A stretch of 64,000 bases of DNA from Mustelus asterias (Eukaryota), in contig NC_135808.1 of assembly GCF_964213995.1 (NCBI RefSeq), forward strand, positions 12,710,001-12,774,000. The letters are read 5' to 3'. Within the stretch, counting starts at the first letter, position 1, and each line of letters begins with the position of its first letter. Below, one piece after another: positions 1 to 13,126 of this stretch. Below the pieces are notes generated by a model. The model was given only the letters and a program-made list of their open reading frames with translations. It had not been told where the DNA came from and ran no database searches. Both the position numbers and the translations under genes were made by a program.

Positions 1-1755
1 GGGGGGCGGGGCCGCCGAGAGAGAGAGAGAAAGAGGGGGGGCGGGGCCGCCGAGAGAGAGAGAGAGAGAGAAGGGGGCGGGGCCGCCGAGAGAGAGAGAG
101 AAAGAGGGGGGCGGGCCGCCGAGAGAGAGAGAGAAAGAGGGGGGCGGGGCCGCCGAGAGAGAGAGAAAGAGGGGGGCGGGGCCGCCGAGAGAGAGAGAAA
201 GAGGGGGGCGGGGCCGCCGAGAGAGAGAGAAAGAGGGGGGCGGGCCGCCGAGAGAGAGAAAGAGGGGGCGGGGCGAGGGGGGCGGAGGGGGCGGGGCGAG
301 GGGGCGGGGGGGGCGGGGCGGGGCGAGGGGGGGGGGCGGGGCGAGGGGGGGGAGCGAGGGGGGGAGCGAGGGGGGGAGGGGGGAGCGAGGGGGGGCGAGG
401 GGGGAGGGGGGGCGAGGGGGGGAGGGGGGGGAGGGGGGGGAGAGGGGGGGGAGGGGGGGGGCGAGGGGGGGAGGGGGGGCGAGGGGGGGAGGGGGGGGCG
501 GGGGGGGGAGGGGGGGGCGGGGGGGGGGGGAGGGGGGGCGGGGGGGGCGGGGGGCGAGGGGGGGAGGGGGGGGCGAGGGGGGGGAGGGGGGCGAGGGGGG
601 GGAGGGGGGGGGCGAGGGGGGGGCGAGGGGGGGCGAGGGGGGAGGGGGGGGCGAGGGGGGGAGGGGGGGCGAGGGGGGAGGGGGGGCGAGGGGGGGAGGG
701 GGGCGAGGGGGGGGCGAGGGGGGAGGGGGGCGAGGGGGGGGCGGGGGGGGGAGGGGGGGGGCGGGGGGGGGAGGGGGGGGCGGGGGGGGAGGGGGGGGGC
801 GGGGGGGAGGGGGGGCGGGGGGAGGGGGGGCGGGGGGGAGGGGGGCGGGGGGGGAGGGGGGGAGGGGGGGCGGGGGCGGGGGGGGGCGGGCGGGGGGCGG
901 AGGGGGGCGGAGGGGGGGGCGGAGGGGGGGGCGGAGGGGAGGGGGCGGGAGGGGGGGGGGCGGAGGGCGGAGGGGGCGGAGGGGGGGGCGGAGGGGGCGG
1001 AGGGGGGGCGGAGGGGGCGGAGGGGGGGGGCGGAGGGGGCGGGCGGAGGGGCGGGCGGAGGGGGCGGAGGGGAGGGGGCGGAGGGAGGGGCGGAGGGAGG
1101 GGGCGGAGGGAGGGGGCGGAGGGAGGGGGCGGAGGGGGGGGGGCGGAGGGGGGGGGCGAGGGGGGGGGGGCGAGGGGGGGGCGAGGGGGGAGGGGGGGGG
1201 GCGGAGGGGGCGGAGGGGGGGGCGGAGGGGCGGGGGGGCGGGCGAGGGGGGGGGGGGGCGAGGGGGGGGGGCGAGGGGGGGGGGGGGGGCGAGGGGGGGG
1301 GGCGAGGGGGGGGGGGCGAGGGGGGGGGGGCGAGGGGGGGGGGGGCGAGGGGGCGAGCGAGGGGGGGGCGAGGGGGGGGGGGGGGCGAGCGAGGGGGGGG
1401 CGAGGGGGGGGGGGCCGGGGGGGGCGAGCCGGGGGGGGGGGCGAGGGGGGGGGGGGCGAGGGGCCGGGGGGGCGAGGGGCCGGGGGGGGCGAGGGGCCGG
1501 GGGGGGCGAGGGGCGAGGCGAGGGGGGGGGGGGGCGAAGGGCGAGGCGAGGGGGGGGGGGGGGGGGCGAGGGGCGAGGGGGGGGGGGGCGAGGGGCGAGG
1601 GGGGGGGGGCGAGGGGCGAGGGGGGGGGGGGCGAGGGGGGGGGGGCGAGGGGGGGGGGGCGAGGGCGAGGGGGGGGGGGGGCGAGGGGGGGGGGGGCGAG
1701 GGGGGGGGGGCGAGGGGGGGGGGGCGAGGGGGGGGGGCGAGGGGGGGGGGGGGCG
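1..1755 (+). repeat. G-rich minisatellite (ggggcggggccgccga(ga)n, 1-270) grading into a G-rich low-complexity tract
   Basis: Direct reading; essentially no T; runs of G separated by c, ga or cga. Confidence 0.95.
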
Positions 1756-1870
1756 AGCGGAGCGGGGCCGCCGAGCAGATGCAGCGGAAGACAGGCGGGA
1801 CGGCAGGTCTCGCGCACCCGCGTTGTGTCCAAAAAGGTTAATTTCCCAGCTGTGAATCTGGGGACCTTAC

Positions 1871-1919
1871 CTCCTCCTCCGATGATGATGAACCGAACAC
1901 AGAGGCTGAGGAACAACAT
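1871..1919 (-). CDS. Signal-peptide first exon (MLFLSLCVRFIIIGGG) of a neighbouring paralog continuing off the left edge
   Basis: Shares gtcATGttgttcctcagc with the 60148-60229 leader; ends G|gtaagg in phase 1. Confidence 0.55.
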
Positions 1920-2098
1920 GACAGTAAACCCATCTCAGCCTTCTCCCGGTGCCAATCCGACCGCCGAGCTGCAGCACTGCCGACAGAGAAGCCTCCCCTC
2001 CGGCCGGGCTCTGCACACAGTCAGTGAGTCAATCGAGGGCAGCCCTGAGTCTGAATGACAAGACTGCAAATCCTCTCCTTATATATCCAGGCTGTGCC

Positions 2099-2458
2099 CG
2101 GCGGCCGAGCACCCCGGCGGCCGAGCACCCCGGCGGCCGAGCACCCCGGCGGCCGAGCACCCCGGCGGCCGAGCACCCCGGCGGCCGAGCACCCCGGCGG
2201 CCGAGCACCCCGGCGGCCGAGCACCCCGGCGGCCGAGCACCCCGGCGGCCGAGCACCCCGGCGGCCGAGCACCCCGGCGGCCGAGCACCCCGGCGGCCGA
2301 GCACCCCGGCGGCCGAGCACCCCGGCGGCCGAGCACCCCGGCGGCCGAGCACCCCGGCGGCCGAGCACCCCGGCGGCCGAGCACCCCGGCGGCCGAGCAC
2401 CTCGGCGGCCGAGCACCTCGGCGGCCGAGCACCTCGGCGGCCGAGCACCTCGGCGGCC
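2099..2458 (+). repeat. 16-bp CpG-rich minisatellite (cggcggccgagcaccc), about 22 copies
   Basis: Near-perfect periodicity; the last copies carry a c>t variant. Confidence 0.97.
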
Positions 2459-2512
2459 TCAAACTTTACCGTTCAGCAGGCGCTCCCTGCCGATCCTTAA
2501 AAACAAAACCGC

Positions 2513-2570
2513 CCCTCCTCCGACGATCGGCCGAAAAGATGCTGAGGTAAAGGAGGCCGAGGAACAACAT
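2513..2570 (-). pseudogene. Degenerate leader exon copy (MLFLGLLYLSIF...), donor lost
   Basis: Homologous to 1871-1919; its 5' flank 2720-2805 matches 1935-2015; no GT donor; SINE fragment inserted just upstream. Confidence 0.5.
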
Positions 2571-3515
2571 GACAGCAAAACCCCGGGCAGGAATGAGTGG
2601 GGGTAAGGCCTTGGTGGGATTGTGGTCGGTGCAGACGCGATGGGCCGAATGGCCTCCTTCTGCACTGGAGGGTTTCTATGATTCTATGAGAGTCTCAGCC
2701 GCTCAACACGAAGGCGAGCGGGTTATCAGCTCCTTCTCAGCCGACTCCCGGTGCCACTCCGACTGCCGACAGAGAAGCCTCCTCCCCAGCCGGGCTCTGC
2801 AGATTGGGTGCGCTCACAATCACTGACACCGAGGACAAAGTCGGAGAAGCAAGATGATTTGCGAGTTCACGACTCTGCCGAGCCGGGTGCCCCCTGCAGG
2901 AGGAGCACACGCGGTACCAACTTCACGCTCCTTTTATTCCCGAAATTCCACGCATTCCTCCTCCCCTCGTATCCTGATTGGTCCAGGATATTCCAGGTTC
3001 ACATTCTTCCCGTTCCGCCTCCCTGACGTCCTGTTACATACATTGTGCATCCTCAGTTTACCCAAGCCCTTTCACCCTGCTCAGTTAATTTAATCAAACC
3101 GTGTTCCTCACGAGTGGCACCCACAGGGCGGCCCTTACTCTGACTGAACATTAGAAATTTCCTCCACGATTAGAAAAAACAGAAGTGGTTGCTTGATGAA
3201 TATAAAGGACCCGAATATCATTGCAAAAGGGCCATCACACAAAAAATGTTTGTAATGATTTCGCAGATGTATGAATAAAGTACATTTTGAAATAAAACAA
3301 AAAAAGGCACTTTGCCCAGGAGAGCGCCAGTATTTGGAGGTGACGCTGCAAACAGCGCGCGGGGCGGACAGGAAGCTCGAGCTCCACGGCCAACCGCCAT
3401 TTTGTTCACATTTTCAAACCCTTTTTTTAAATAAACAACAACAACGGCCACCGCCCGGAATTCTCCGCTCTCCATCACTAAAAATAACACACTTTCTCCA
3501 AATTCAGCTCCTTAC

Positions 3516-3564
3516 CTTCAGTGCAGATTAAACCGATTCCCAGGAGGAGGCTGAGGTAAGACAT
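3516..3564 (-). CDS. Signal-peptide first exon (MSYLSLLLGIGLICTE), copy 1
   Basis: ATG at 3564, G|gtaagg phase 1; the intron start resembles those after the 59232 and 60148 leaders. Confidence 0.55.
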
Positions 3565-3959
3565 CTCGGCAGGATCGCCCTTCCCGGCGGTTGCTCGGCC
3601 GCGGAGGTGAAAGCGGAGAGAGGGTTTGAACTTGTTCCAATATGACGGTTGCTGCCGTCTCCGAGTCTCCCCCTCTCCTCTCCCGGTTCATTCAGGGATG
3701 TGGAGCAGTGACCGAGAGCTCTCCTCCAACTCCCCCTACCCTCTCCCACCCTGAGTTTGATTGCGACAGACATTGCCATACAGAGCTCGGCGGCTACAAT
3801 ACAGCAAAGGCAAGAGGCGGGACTCTGCTCGGCACGAACTTGTCCTCCTTCCTTAAAAGGTACAAACAATGTGCTGAGCAGACAGGGGGCACTCAAATCC
3901 ACCCTCTTGCTTGCTCGCTTCAAAAATCAAATTGAATCCAATTGACAGTCCCTCCACAA

Positions 3960-5075
3960 AAGTTTTAAGGTTTGTTAGTGTCACAAGTAGGCTTACTTTA
4001 ATACTACAATGAAGTTACTGTGAAAATCCCTTAAAGTTTATTTAATAGAATCAACAAGTACGCTTACATTAGCACTGCAATGAAGTTATTGTGAAAATCC
4101 CTTAGTTAAAGTTTATTTAATAGTGTCACAAGTAGGCTTACATTAACACTGCAGTGAAGTTACTGTGAAAATTCCCTAGTTGTCACACTCCGGCGCCTGT
4201 TCACTGAGGGAGTTTTTTTTAAAGCCTGACAATGCAGGAGGCCATTTGGCCCATCGAGCCTGCACCAACAACAATCCCACCCAGATCCATTCCTCATATC
4301 CCTATGTATTTACACTGCTAAACCCCCTGACACTAAGGGTCAATTCAGCATAGCCAATCCACCTAACCAACACATCTTTGGAGCGTAGGAGGAAACCAGA
4401 GCACCTGGAGGAAACCCACGCAGATGTGGGAGAGAACATACAAATTCCACAGACACACACCCGAGACTGGAATTGAACCCGGGTGCCTGGTGCAGTGAGG
4501 CAGCAGTGCTAACCACTGTGACGCCTGCTTTATTTAGCATAGCCAATACACCTAACCTTCCCATCTTTCAGACTGTGGGAGGAAACCCACGCAGACGTGG
4601 GGAGGGCATGCAAACTCTGCACAGACAGTGACCCAACCGGGGCTTGAACCCGGATTCCTGGCAGTGTGAGGCAGATCCAAAGATGTGTGGGTTAGGTGGA
4701 TTGGCCATGGTAAATTGACCTTTAGTGTCAGAGGTAAATACTGGGGGATATGGCCTGGGTAGGATTGTTGTTGGCGCAAGCCCAATGGACCGAATGGTCG
4801 CCTCTTGCAGGGATTCTGTGGGCGGCACAGTGGTACTGCTGCCTCACAATGCCAGAGACCCAGGTTGGTTCAGTGTGTGTGTGGAGTCTGCACGTTCTCC
4901 CCCTGTCTGCATGGGTTTCCTTCGGGTGCTGGGGTTTCCTCCCACAGTCTGAAAGATGTGCTGGCCATGCTAAATTCTCCCTCATGTGCAAGAACAGACA
5001 CCGGAGTGTGGCGACTAGGGGATTTTCATGGTAACTTCATTGCAGCGTTAATGTCAGCCTACTTGTGACACTAAG
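3960..5075. mobile_element. Cluster of HE1-like tRNA-derived SINEs and reiterated SINE tails in both orientations (repeated at about 7310-8430)
   Basis: A/B-box-like head (cagtggttagcactgctgcctca...ggttcaattcc), conserved body gggtttcctcc, tails shared with other copies. Confidence 0.8.
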
Positions 5076-5999
5076 AATCATAGAATAGAATCATTAAGTT
5101 TATTTATAAGATCCAAGCTGACAAGGTAAGACATCTGCACCCTGATCTTGGGCTTGGTCTGATGCTCGATCAATGTTGGCGAAAAGATGTTGCAGCAGAC
5201 AGGTAGACCTTGTTCCTTTAAGGACAGGGCGACACCACATAAACCATGATGTGACGGAAATGAAATGCTGGTATTCCAGGCTATTTCCGGAGAGAAAGAA
5301 TTATTCCGGTCGAGATGAGTCAGAGTTTTTGATGAAGAGAGAAGTGTGAGAGTTTATAAACCAGTGAAACTGGGAGAGGGCAGGAAGAACAAAATGTAAC
5401 ATCCACAATGGGATGGGGGAAGGAAAGATTAAATCCAAGAATATTGACAAAAAGAATGGTATGGGTATAGTTAGGAGAAGCAAAACTATTCAGATGTGAC
5501 ATTTGAACGGTCACATAGCAACCATCTGAATGCAAGTGTAAAATGAGACAAAAAGAGAGCAAGATAGAGGTTCTTGAACGAATGTTCTTGAACTCAAATG
5601 TTCAATTGAGACGACTCAAGTTGAAAGATGAGAAGCTACTGCCACTTAAAACCATGCTGGAAAATCCCAGAACTTACAAGCAGAAATACAAAATGCAACA
5701 TAAGATTGCTGCACACAAAACCTTGATATGGTCTCAAACTGAAGCATGCAGCAGCAGTTTGAAACCCTGCCAAGCTTGGAAACAACTAGTTTTTCTCACA
5801 AATAACATTTCATCTCCAATGACTGTGCTAGAACAACCAGTGTTGTGTCCACGCTTAAGTTTCTGGAGAGGCCCACATGACAATGAAGACAACTGAGCAG
5901 GCTTACAATGTTCCCCAAAGCAGTTCACCATGAAGTTACAATGATATTCCACCCATGTGTTAAACAAGTAATCCACTGAAAGAAATTTATATTATTTTA

Positions 6000-6416
6000 T
6001 TTGAAGTTTATTTTTATTATTGTCACATGTAGGCTTACATGAACACTGCAATGAAATTACTGTGAAAATCCCCCAGTCGCCACACTCCGGGGCCTATTCG
6101 GGTAAACAGCGAGAATTCTTTTAAAATCCCTGCAGTGCAGGAGGAGGCCATTCGGCCCATTGATCCTGCACCGACAGCAATCCCACCCAGGGTCAATTAC
6201 CCTTATTCCCACCTAATAACCCTGACAAAGGTGCAATTTAACACGGCCAATCAACATATCCTGCACATCTTTGGAATGTAGGGGGAAAACGGAGCACCCG
6301 GAGGAAACCCACGCAGACACGGGGAGAACGTGCAAACTCCACACAGACACTACCAAGACTGGAGTTGAACTGGGTCCCTGACGCAGTAAGACAGCAGTGC
6401 GAACCACTGTGCCACC
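6000..6416 (-). mobile_element. HE1-like SINE (copy at about 9560-9981)
   Basis: Same head, body and tail motifs as the other copies. Confidence 0.8.
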
Positions 6417-6866
6417 TACAGTGTATTTAAGACAGAGGGTTCTTGATTGGTAATGGGATAAAAGGTTACGGGGAGAATGGGGGTTGAGGAACTTATCAGC
6501 TATGATCGAACGGCAGAGCAGACTCCTATATCTTATGGTTGCTTGATGAATATAAAGGACCCGAATATCATTGCAAAAGGGCCATCACACAAAAAAATGT
6601 TTGTAATGATTTCGCAGATGCATGAATAAAGTACATTTTGAAATAAAACAAAAAAGGCACTCTGCCCAGGAGAGCGCCAGTATTTGGAGGTGACGCTGCA
6701 AACAGCGCGCGGGGCGGACAGGAAGCTCGAGCTCCACGGCCAACCGCCATTTTGTTCACATTTTCAAACCCTTTTTTTAAAATAAACAACAACAACGGCC
6801 ACCGCCCGGAATTCTCCGCTCTCCATCACTAAAAATAACACACTTTCTCCAAATTCAGCTCCTTAC

Positions 6867-6915
6867 CTTCAGTGCAGATTAAACCGATTCCCAGGAGGAG
6901 GCTGAGGTAAGACAT
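6867..6915 (-). CDS. Signal-peptide first exon (MSYLSLLLGIGLICTE), copy 2
   Basis: Identical copy within the tandem duplication. Confidence 0.5.
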
Positions 6916-9900
6916 CTCGGCAGGATCGCCCTTCCCGGCGGTTGCTCGGCCGCGGAGGTGAAAGCGGAGAGAGGGTTTGAACTTGTTCCAATATGACGGT
7001 TGCTGCCGTCTCCGAGTCTCCCCCTCTCCTCTCCCGGTTCATTCAGGGATGTGGAGCAGTGACCGAGAGCTCTCCTCCAACTCCCCCTACCCTCTCCCAC
7101 CCTGAGTTTGATTGCGACAGACATTGCCATACAGAGCTCGGCGGCTACAATACAGCAAAGGCAAGAGGCGGGACTCTGCTCGGCACGAACTTGTCCTCCT
7201 TCCTTAAAAGGTACAAACAATGTGCTGAGCAGACAGGGGGCACTCAAATCCACCCTCTTGCTTGCTCGCTTCAAAAATCAAATTGAATCCAATTGACAGT
7301 CCCTCCACAAAAGTTTTAAGGTTTATTAGTGTCACAAGTAGGCTTACTTTAATACTACAATGAAGTTACTGTGAAAATCCCTTAAAGTTTATTTAATAGT
7401 ATCAACAAGTACGCTTACATTAGCACTGCAATGAAGTTATTGTGAAAATCCCTTAGTTAAAGTTTATTTAATAGTGTCACAAGTCGGCTTACATTAACAC
7501 TACAGTGAAGTTACTGTGAAAATTCCCTAGTTGCCACACTCCGGCGCCTGTTCACTGAGGGAGTTTTTTTAAAAGCCTGACAATGCAGGAGGCCATTTGG
7601 CCCATCGAGCCTGCACCAACAACAATCCCACCCAGATCCATTCCTCATATCCCTATGTATTTACACTGCTAAACCCCCTGACACTAAGGGTCAATTCAGC
7701 ATAGCCAATCCACCTAACCAACACATCTTTGGAGCGCAGGAGGAAACCAGAGCACCTGGAGGAAACCCACGCAGATATGGGAGAGAACATACAAATTCCA
7801 CAGACACACACCCGAGACTGGAATTGAACCCGGGTGCCTGGTGCAGTGAGGCAGCAGTGCTAACCACTGTGACGCCCGCTTTATTTAGCATAGCCAATAC
7901 ACCTAACCTTCCCATCTTTCAGACTGTGGGAGGAAACCCACGCAGACGTGGGGAGGGCATGCAAACTCTGCACAGACAGTGACCCAACCGGGGCTTGAAC
8001 CCGGATCCCTGGCAGTGTGAGGCAGATCCAAAGATGTGTGGGTTAGGTGGATTGGCCATGGTAAATTGACCTTTAGTGTCAGAGGTAAATACTGGGGGAC
8101 ATGGCCTGGGTAGGATTGTTGTTGGCGCAAGCCCAATGGACCGAATGGCCGCCTCTTGCAGGGATTCTGTGGGCGGCACAGTGGTACTGCTGCCTCACAA
8201 TGCCAGAGACCCAGGTTGGTTCAGTGTGTGTGTGTGGAGTCTGCACGTTCTCCCCCTGTCTGCATGGGTTTCCTTCGGGTGCTGGGGTTTCCTCCCACAG
8301 TCTGAAAGATGTGCTGGTCATGCTAAATTCTCCCTCAGTCTGCAAGAACAGACACCGGAGTGTGGCGACTAGGGGATTTTCATAGTAACTTCATTGCAGT
8401 GTTAATGTCAGCCTACTTGTGACACTAAGAATCATAGAATAGAATCATTAAGTTTATTTATAAGATCCAAGCTGACAAGGTAAGACATCTGACAAGGTAA
8501 GTCCAAAGATGTGCGGGTTAGGTTGATTGGCCATGCTAAAATTGCCCTTAGTGTCCTGGGATGTGTAGATTAGAGGGATTAGCGGGTAAAATATGTAGGA
8601 ATATGGGGGTAGGGCCTGGGTGGGATTGTGGTCGGTGCAGACTCGATGGGCCGAATGGCCTCTTTCTGTACTGTAGGGTTTCTATGATTTCTATGATTTC
8701 TATGACATCTGCACCCTGCTCTTGGGCTTGGTCTGATGCTCGATCAATGTTGGAGCTGACAGGTAGAGCTTGTTCCTTTAAGGACAGGGTGACACCACAT
8801 AAACCATGATGTGACGGGAATGAAATGCTGGTATTCCAGGTAATTTCCGGAGAGAAATAATTATTCTGGTCAAGATGAGTCAGAGTATTTGATAAAGAGA
8901 GAAGTGAGAGAGTTTATAAACCAGTGAAACTGGGAGAGGGCAGGAAGAACAAAATGTAACATCCACAATGGGATGGGGGAAGGAAAGATTAAATCCAAGA
9001 ATATTGACAAAAAGAATGGTATGGGTATAGTTAGGAGAAGCAAAACTATTCAGATGTGACATTTGAACGGTCACATAGCAACCACCTGAATGCAAGTGTA
9101 AAATGAGACAAAAAGAGAGCAAGATAGAGGTTCTTGAACGAATGTTCTTGAACTCAAATGTTCAATTGAGACGACTCAAGTTGAAAGATGAGAAGCTACT
9201 GCCACTTAAAACCATGCTGGAAAATCCCAGAACTTACAAGCAGAAATATAAAATGCAACATAAGATTGCTGCACACAAAACCTTAGTATTGTCTCAAACT
9301 GAAGCATGCAGCAGCAGTTTGAAACCCTGCCAAGCTTGGAAACAACTAGTTTTTCTCACAAATAACATTTCATCTTCAATGACTGTGCTAGAATATCTAG
9401 TGTTGTGTCCACACTTAAGTTTCTGGAGAGGCCCACATGACAATGAAGACAACTGAGCAGGCTTACAATGTTCCCCAAAGCAGTTCACCATGAAGTTACA
9501 ATGATATTCCACCCATGTGTTAAACAAGTAATCCACTGAAAGAAATTTATATTATTTTATTTGAAGTTTATTTTTATTATTGTCACATGTAGGCTTACAT
9601 GAACACTGCAATGAAATTACTGTGAAAATCCCCCAGTCGCCACACTCCGGGGCCTATTCGGGTAAACAGCGAGAATTCTTTTAAAATCCCTGCAGTGCAG
9701 GAGGAGGCCATTCGGCCCATTGATCCTGCACCGACAGCAATCCCACCCAGGGTCAATTACCCTTATTCCCACCTAATACCCCTGACAAAGGTGCAATTTA
9801 ACGCGGCCAATCAACATATCCTGCACATCTTTGGAATGTAGGGGGAAAACGGAGCACCCGGAGGAAACCCACGCAGACACGGGGAGAACGTGCAAACTCC

Positions 9901-10064
9901 ACACAGACACACACACACCCAAGACTGGAGTTGAACTGGGTCCCTGGCGCAGTGATGCATCAGTGCTAACCACTGTGCCACTGTGCAACCCCCCTTCATT
10001 TAGCATAGCCAATGCACCTAACCAGCATGTCGTTCGAACTGTGGGAGGAACCCGGAGCACCCAG

Positions 10065-11980
10065 AGCATGGGCTTTTGCCTCACATCAATTCTGGATGCT
10101 GACTGGCAGCAAGTCCCTGTAAAATAGTATGTTGTAAATAAACAGTAATTGTTCCATACCTAACAGGTGAGCCAAAGTTATTACTTTGGTGACGAGGATT
10201 AAAAACATAGGGTGTCTGGTCTTCAGACTGTGAGTACAGCACCCATCGAGGTCAAAGCTAGGTTGCAAAATAGAAGTGTGCTGCCGGAAAAAATGCCTCT
10301 ATTCGGTCAATTAGATCCATTTGATGCCTCCGTTAAGGATTGAATACAGTACATAAAATGTCTAGCTTATTATTTTATGACCAATGGGATAGAGTAGGAG
10401 GGAAAGAAGGCAGCAATACTTTGAGCGCATGTGAGACCCAGGTCTAATGAACAGCCTCACATCCCCAAAAGCACCTGATTCAAATTCATTCACGGAAATA
10501 GTGGATTTGGTGAAGGCACACTCTCATCCTAAGCTCTGAGTCATCCTGCAGCACTTAGTTTAATTCCATGGGGAGAGCACCAGGAGAGACCATTGCAGCC
10601 TACATTATGAAGCTAAGGCAAATTACAGAGCATTGCAACTTCAGGGCCACCCTGAGCAATATGCTGAGGGATCACTTAGTTTGTGGAGTCGATTGTTAGG
10701 CCATCCAGAGAAAGCAGAGACAGATGTCAATTTAAAAAGATGCTGGAGATAGCACTAGCGATGGAGATGCTAGGAAGGGCTCACTGGAGCTTCGGAGCAT
10801 GCACAATAGTATGGTTAGGACAGGAAGCTGCAGTCAGCAGTGGTACCAAAAGTGACGATGCTAGTTTTAAACAGGAAGTAAATGTAGCAGCAAGCAGCGT
10901 TAGAAGCTTTAGGAGAGTGAACGCAACACCAAAGATTGAAGCAGAGAGTGTTACCAATGCAAGGGTAATCACTTCCCAGAAACTTGCAGGTTTAAGGAAG
11001 CAGAATGCTATTCAGGAAGGGGCACTGAGCCACCAATATAAAAGCAAGCCAAGCGTGCTAAGGGCAATAGAACAACATCACAAGTACATAGTGTAGAAGA
11101 TTTCCCTCCAAATGATGAGTATTCATTCACTGAACAACATGAAAGTGGGTAAGGTAGTCCCCCCCACCCCCAGTCCCTCATCCTTGTGGTGCTTTTGGTT
11201 AATGGTAAACCTATAGAGATGGAAGTAGACACAGAAATGTACGCTACCATATTAGGGAAACACTCTTACAGGTATGTGCGAGAAGGAGTTCAATTTTTGG
11301 ATTTAAGAAATACATCGGTAAAATTGGCAACCTGTATGGGAGAAGCCATCAAGATCATGGGTAGTACTATTGTAATAGTGAGATATCAGCAGCAATCTGC
11401 CCAACTCCCACTAATAGTTGTATCAATTTGAGAACCAAGTCTACTGGGCCTCGACTGGCTCAAAGAAATCAAGTTGGACAGAAATATTTCTGATAAAAGA
11501 AGGAGGCCTGCTAGAATTAATAAAGAAGTACAAAGATGTATTTTGTGATGAGCTAGGGAAAGTTAAGGGCCTGCAAGCAAAGATTGACGCAGACCCAGAG
11601 GCAGCCCCTTGGTTTTCCAGGGCCAGACCTATGCCTTGTTAGAAAAGGTAGAGACAGAATTGAAAAGATTAGAAGAACTGAGAATCATCTGACCAGTCCA
11701 CACCTTTGGGGGTTGTAAGTTGATAATGAATCCAGCTGCCAAGCTAGACAAGTATCCCATTCCAAAGATGCAAGACTTGTACTCAAAGCTGGCCAGAGGC
11801 CAATCTTATGAAAATGTAGACATGAGCCTTGCTTATTAGCAGCTAGAGCTGGACGATGCTTCCTGAAATTATGTTACAATGATCTCACACGTGTTTGTTT
11901 CAGTATATCTACCTGCCTTTTGGAGTGTCATCAGCTTGTGCCATATTCCAGAGAATGATGGAAGGTTTGTTAGATAGGTC
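10065..11980 (+). mobile_element. Decayed Gypsy LTR retrotransposon (LTR remnant, PBS, gag, protease, partial RT)
   Basis: PBS-like TGGTGACGAGG at 10187; gag start MPLFGQLDPFD; protease VNGKPIEMEVDT; RT LPFGVSSACAIFQRMM; many stops and frameshifts. Confidence 0.85.
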
Positions 11981-12399
11981 ACATGACAAAATAAAGCAAT
12001 GCAGAGAGTGACGAGTTAATGCTTTGTTCCAGGATCCCTGAGGTAGAACTCGGGCAGAGTGCTCCGTGGTATTAATTTTAGCACCTCTTTAGGGAAGATA
12101 CACTGTAACTGCTCATACACTGTGCTGTTTCAGCAGATCCCTGAACAATTAATTTGTTCTCAAATTTCTGGAGGAATTGTCCAACAGTAGGTCATCAAAG
12201 GCAAGAGCTATCTCTCCAAACACAGCTTTCATAGTCTGGATATATCAAAAGCACAGCACGCATACGGGTGATTGGAAACCAGTTGTATGACCCTTGCGTA
12301 CCATCCCCTCTCCAACAACCAACATTGAGACAGTGAGGGGAGCACATTAATAGGAAAGTTGTGCAACATAGATCTGTCATTCAGTATTTAAAATCCATG

Positions 12400-13110
12400 G
12401 GCTAAAGAGTGGGAGTTCACAATTCACAGGTATTCAAGGTCACAATTTAAGGTAGCTCCTCGATTGTGGTCATGAATGCCTTCCAGATGAAGGCATTTAA
12501 AACAATGCTCCTGGATTTAGTGGATGGTCCTTTCAGCGCCGAAAAAAAAGACAAAGGAAATTAAAATGTGTGCAAACAGCTGAAAAAAAGTTGATTCTTT
12601 CCTCTTATACACAAATGTAGAAACACAAATTTGTGATGATTGATGAATATTTGACTTCTCTATCGAAATTAGACTTTCAAATGAAGTTTATTTTCCCCTC
12701 GCCTTTTCAGTAATAAAATAGCTTATAACCAAGGTCTTTTAGTGAACCGTGCTATCACCCCCATCTAGTGATTTGTCTTTTTCATAGACTATATGGTAAT
12801 ACATGGTATCTAATACACTTTATCCCTATACATGCAGCATTTTCAGTATCTCTACTATATTATAATGCTAAGAAATTCTTAGAATTGCTTTTCAAGAGAT
12901 TATTGCAATTTGGTGAAGAAAAATGTAGTTCTAAATTTTCAACTTTCATGTGTTAAACGCTTGAATATTTAATCGAATATAATTTGCTTACAAGGAGGAA
13001 GAGTTGGTTTTATCTTATTTCCCTTTTAGATAGAGCTTAGGTGAAATAATCACCTTTTTCTGTCTAACATCAAACTGCTCTCTGTACACACATTGACATG
13101 CATGTATTTT
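12400..13110 (-). pseudogene. Degenerate paralog of terminal exon 6A and its upstream intron
   Basis: Collinear similarity to 40480-41090 (e.g. ctcctggattt, gaaaaaaagacaaaggaaattaaaatgt, catgcagca); the pyrimidine tract ends in CGG rather than an AG acceptor. Confidence 0.55.
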
Positions 13111-13126
13111 TGCTCAGTAGACAGAC

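Larger units (their letters stand above)
3186..9981 (+). repeat. Tandem segmental duplication: 3186-~6415 and 6536-~9981
   Basis: Near-identical sequence at offset about 3350; identical ORF translations (3528..3923 and 6879..7274); copy 2 has an extra SINE fragment. Confidence 0.95.

Noticed and set aside
1949-2606. Pro/Arg/Ala-rich ORFs in several frames
   Set aside because: Artefact of a stop-free 16-bp minisatellite
5543-5896. 117-aa ORF repeated at 9103-9456
   Set aside because: Repetition is explained by the segmental duplication; no recognisable domain or splice context
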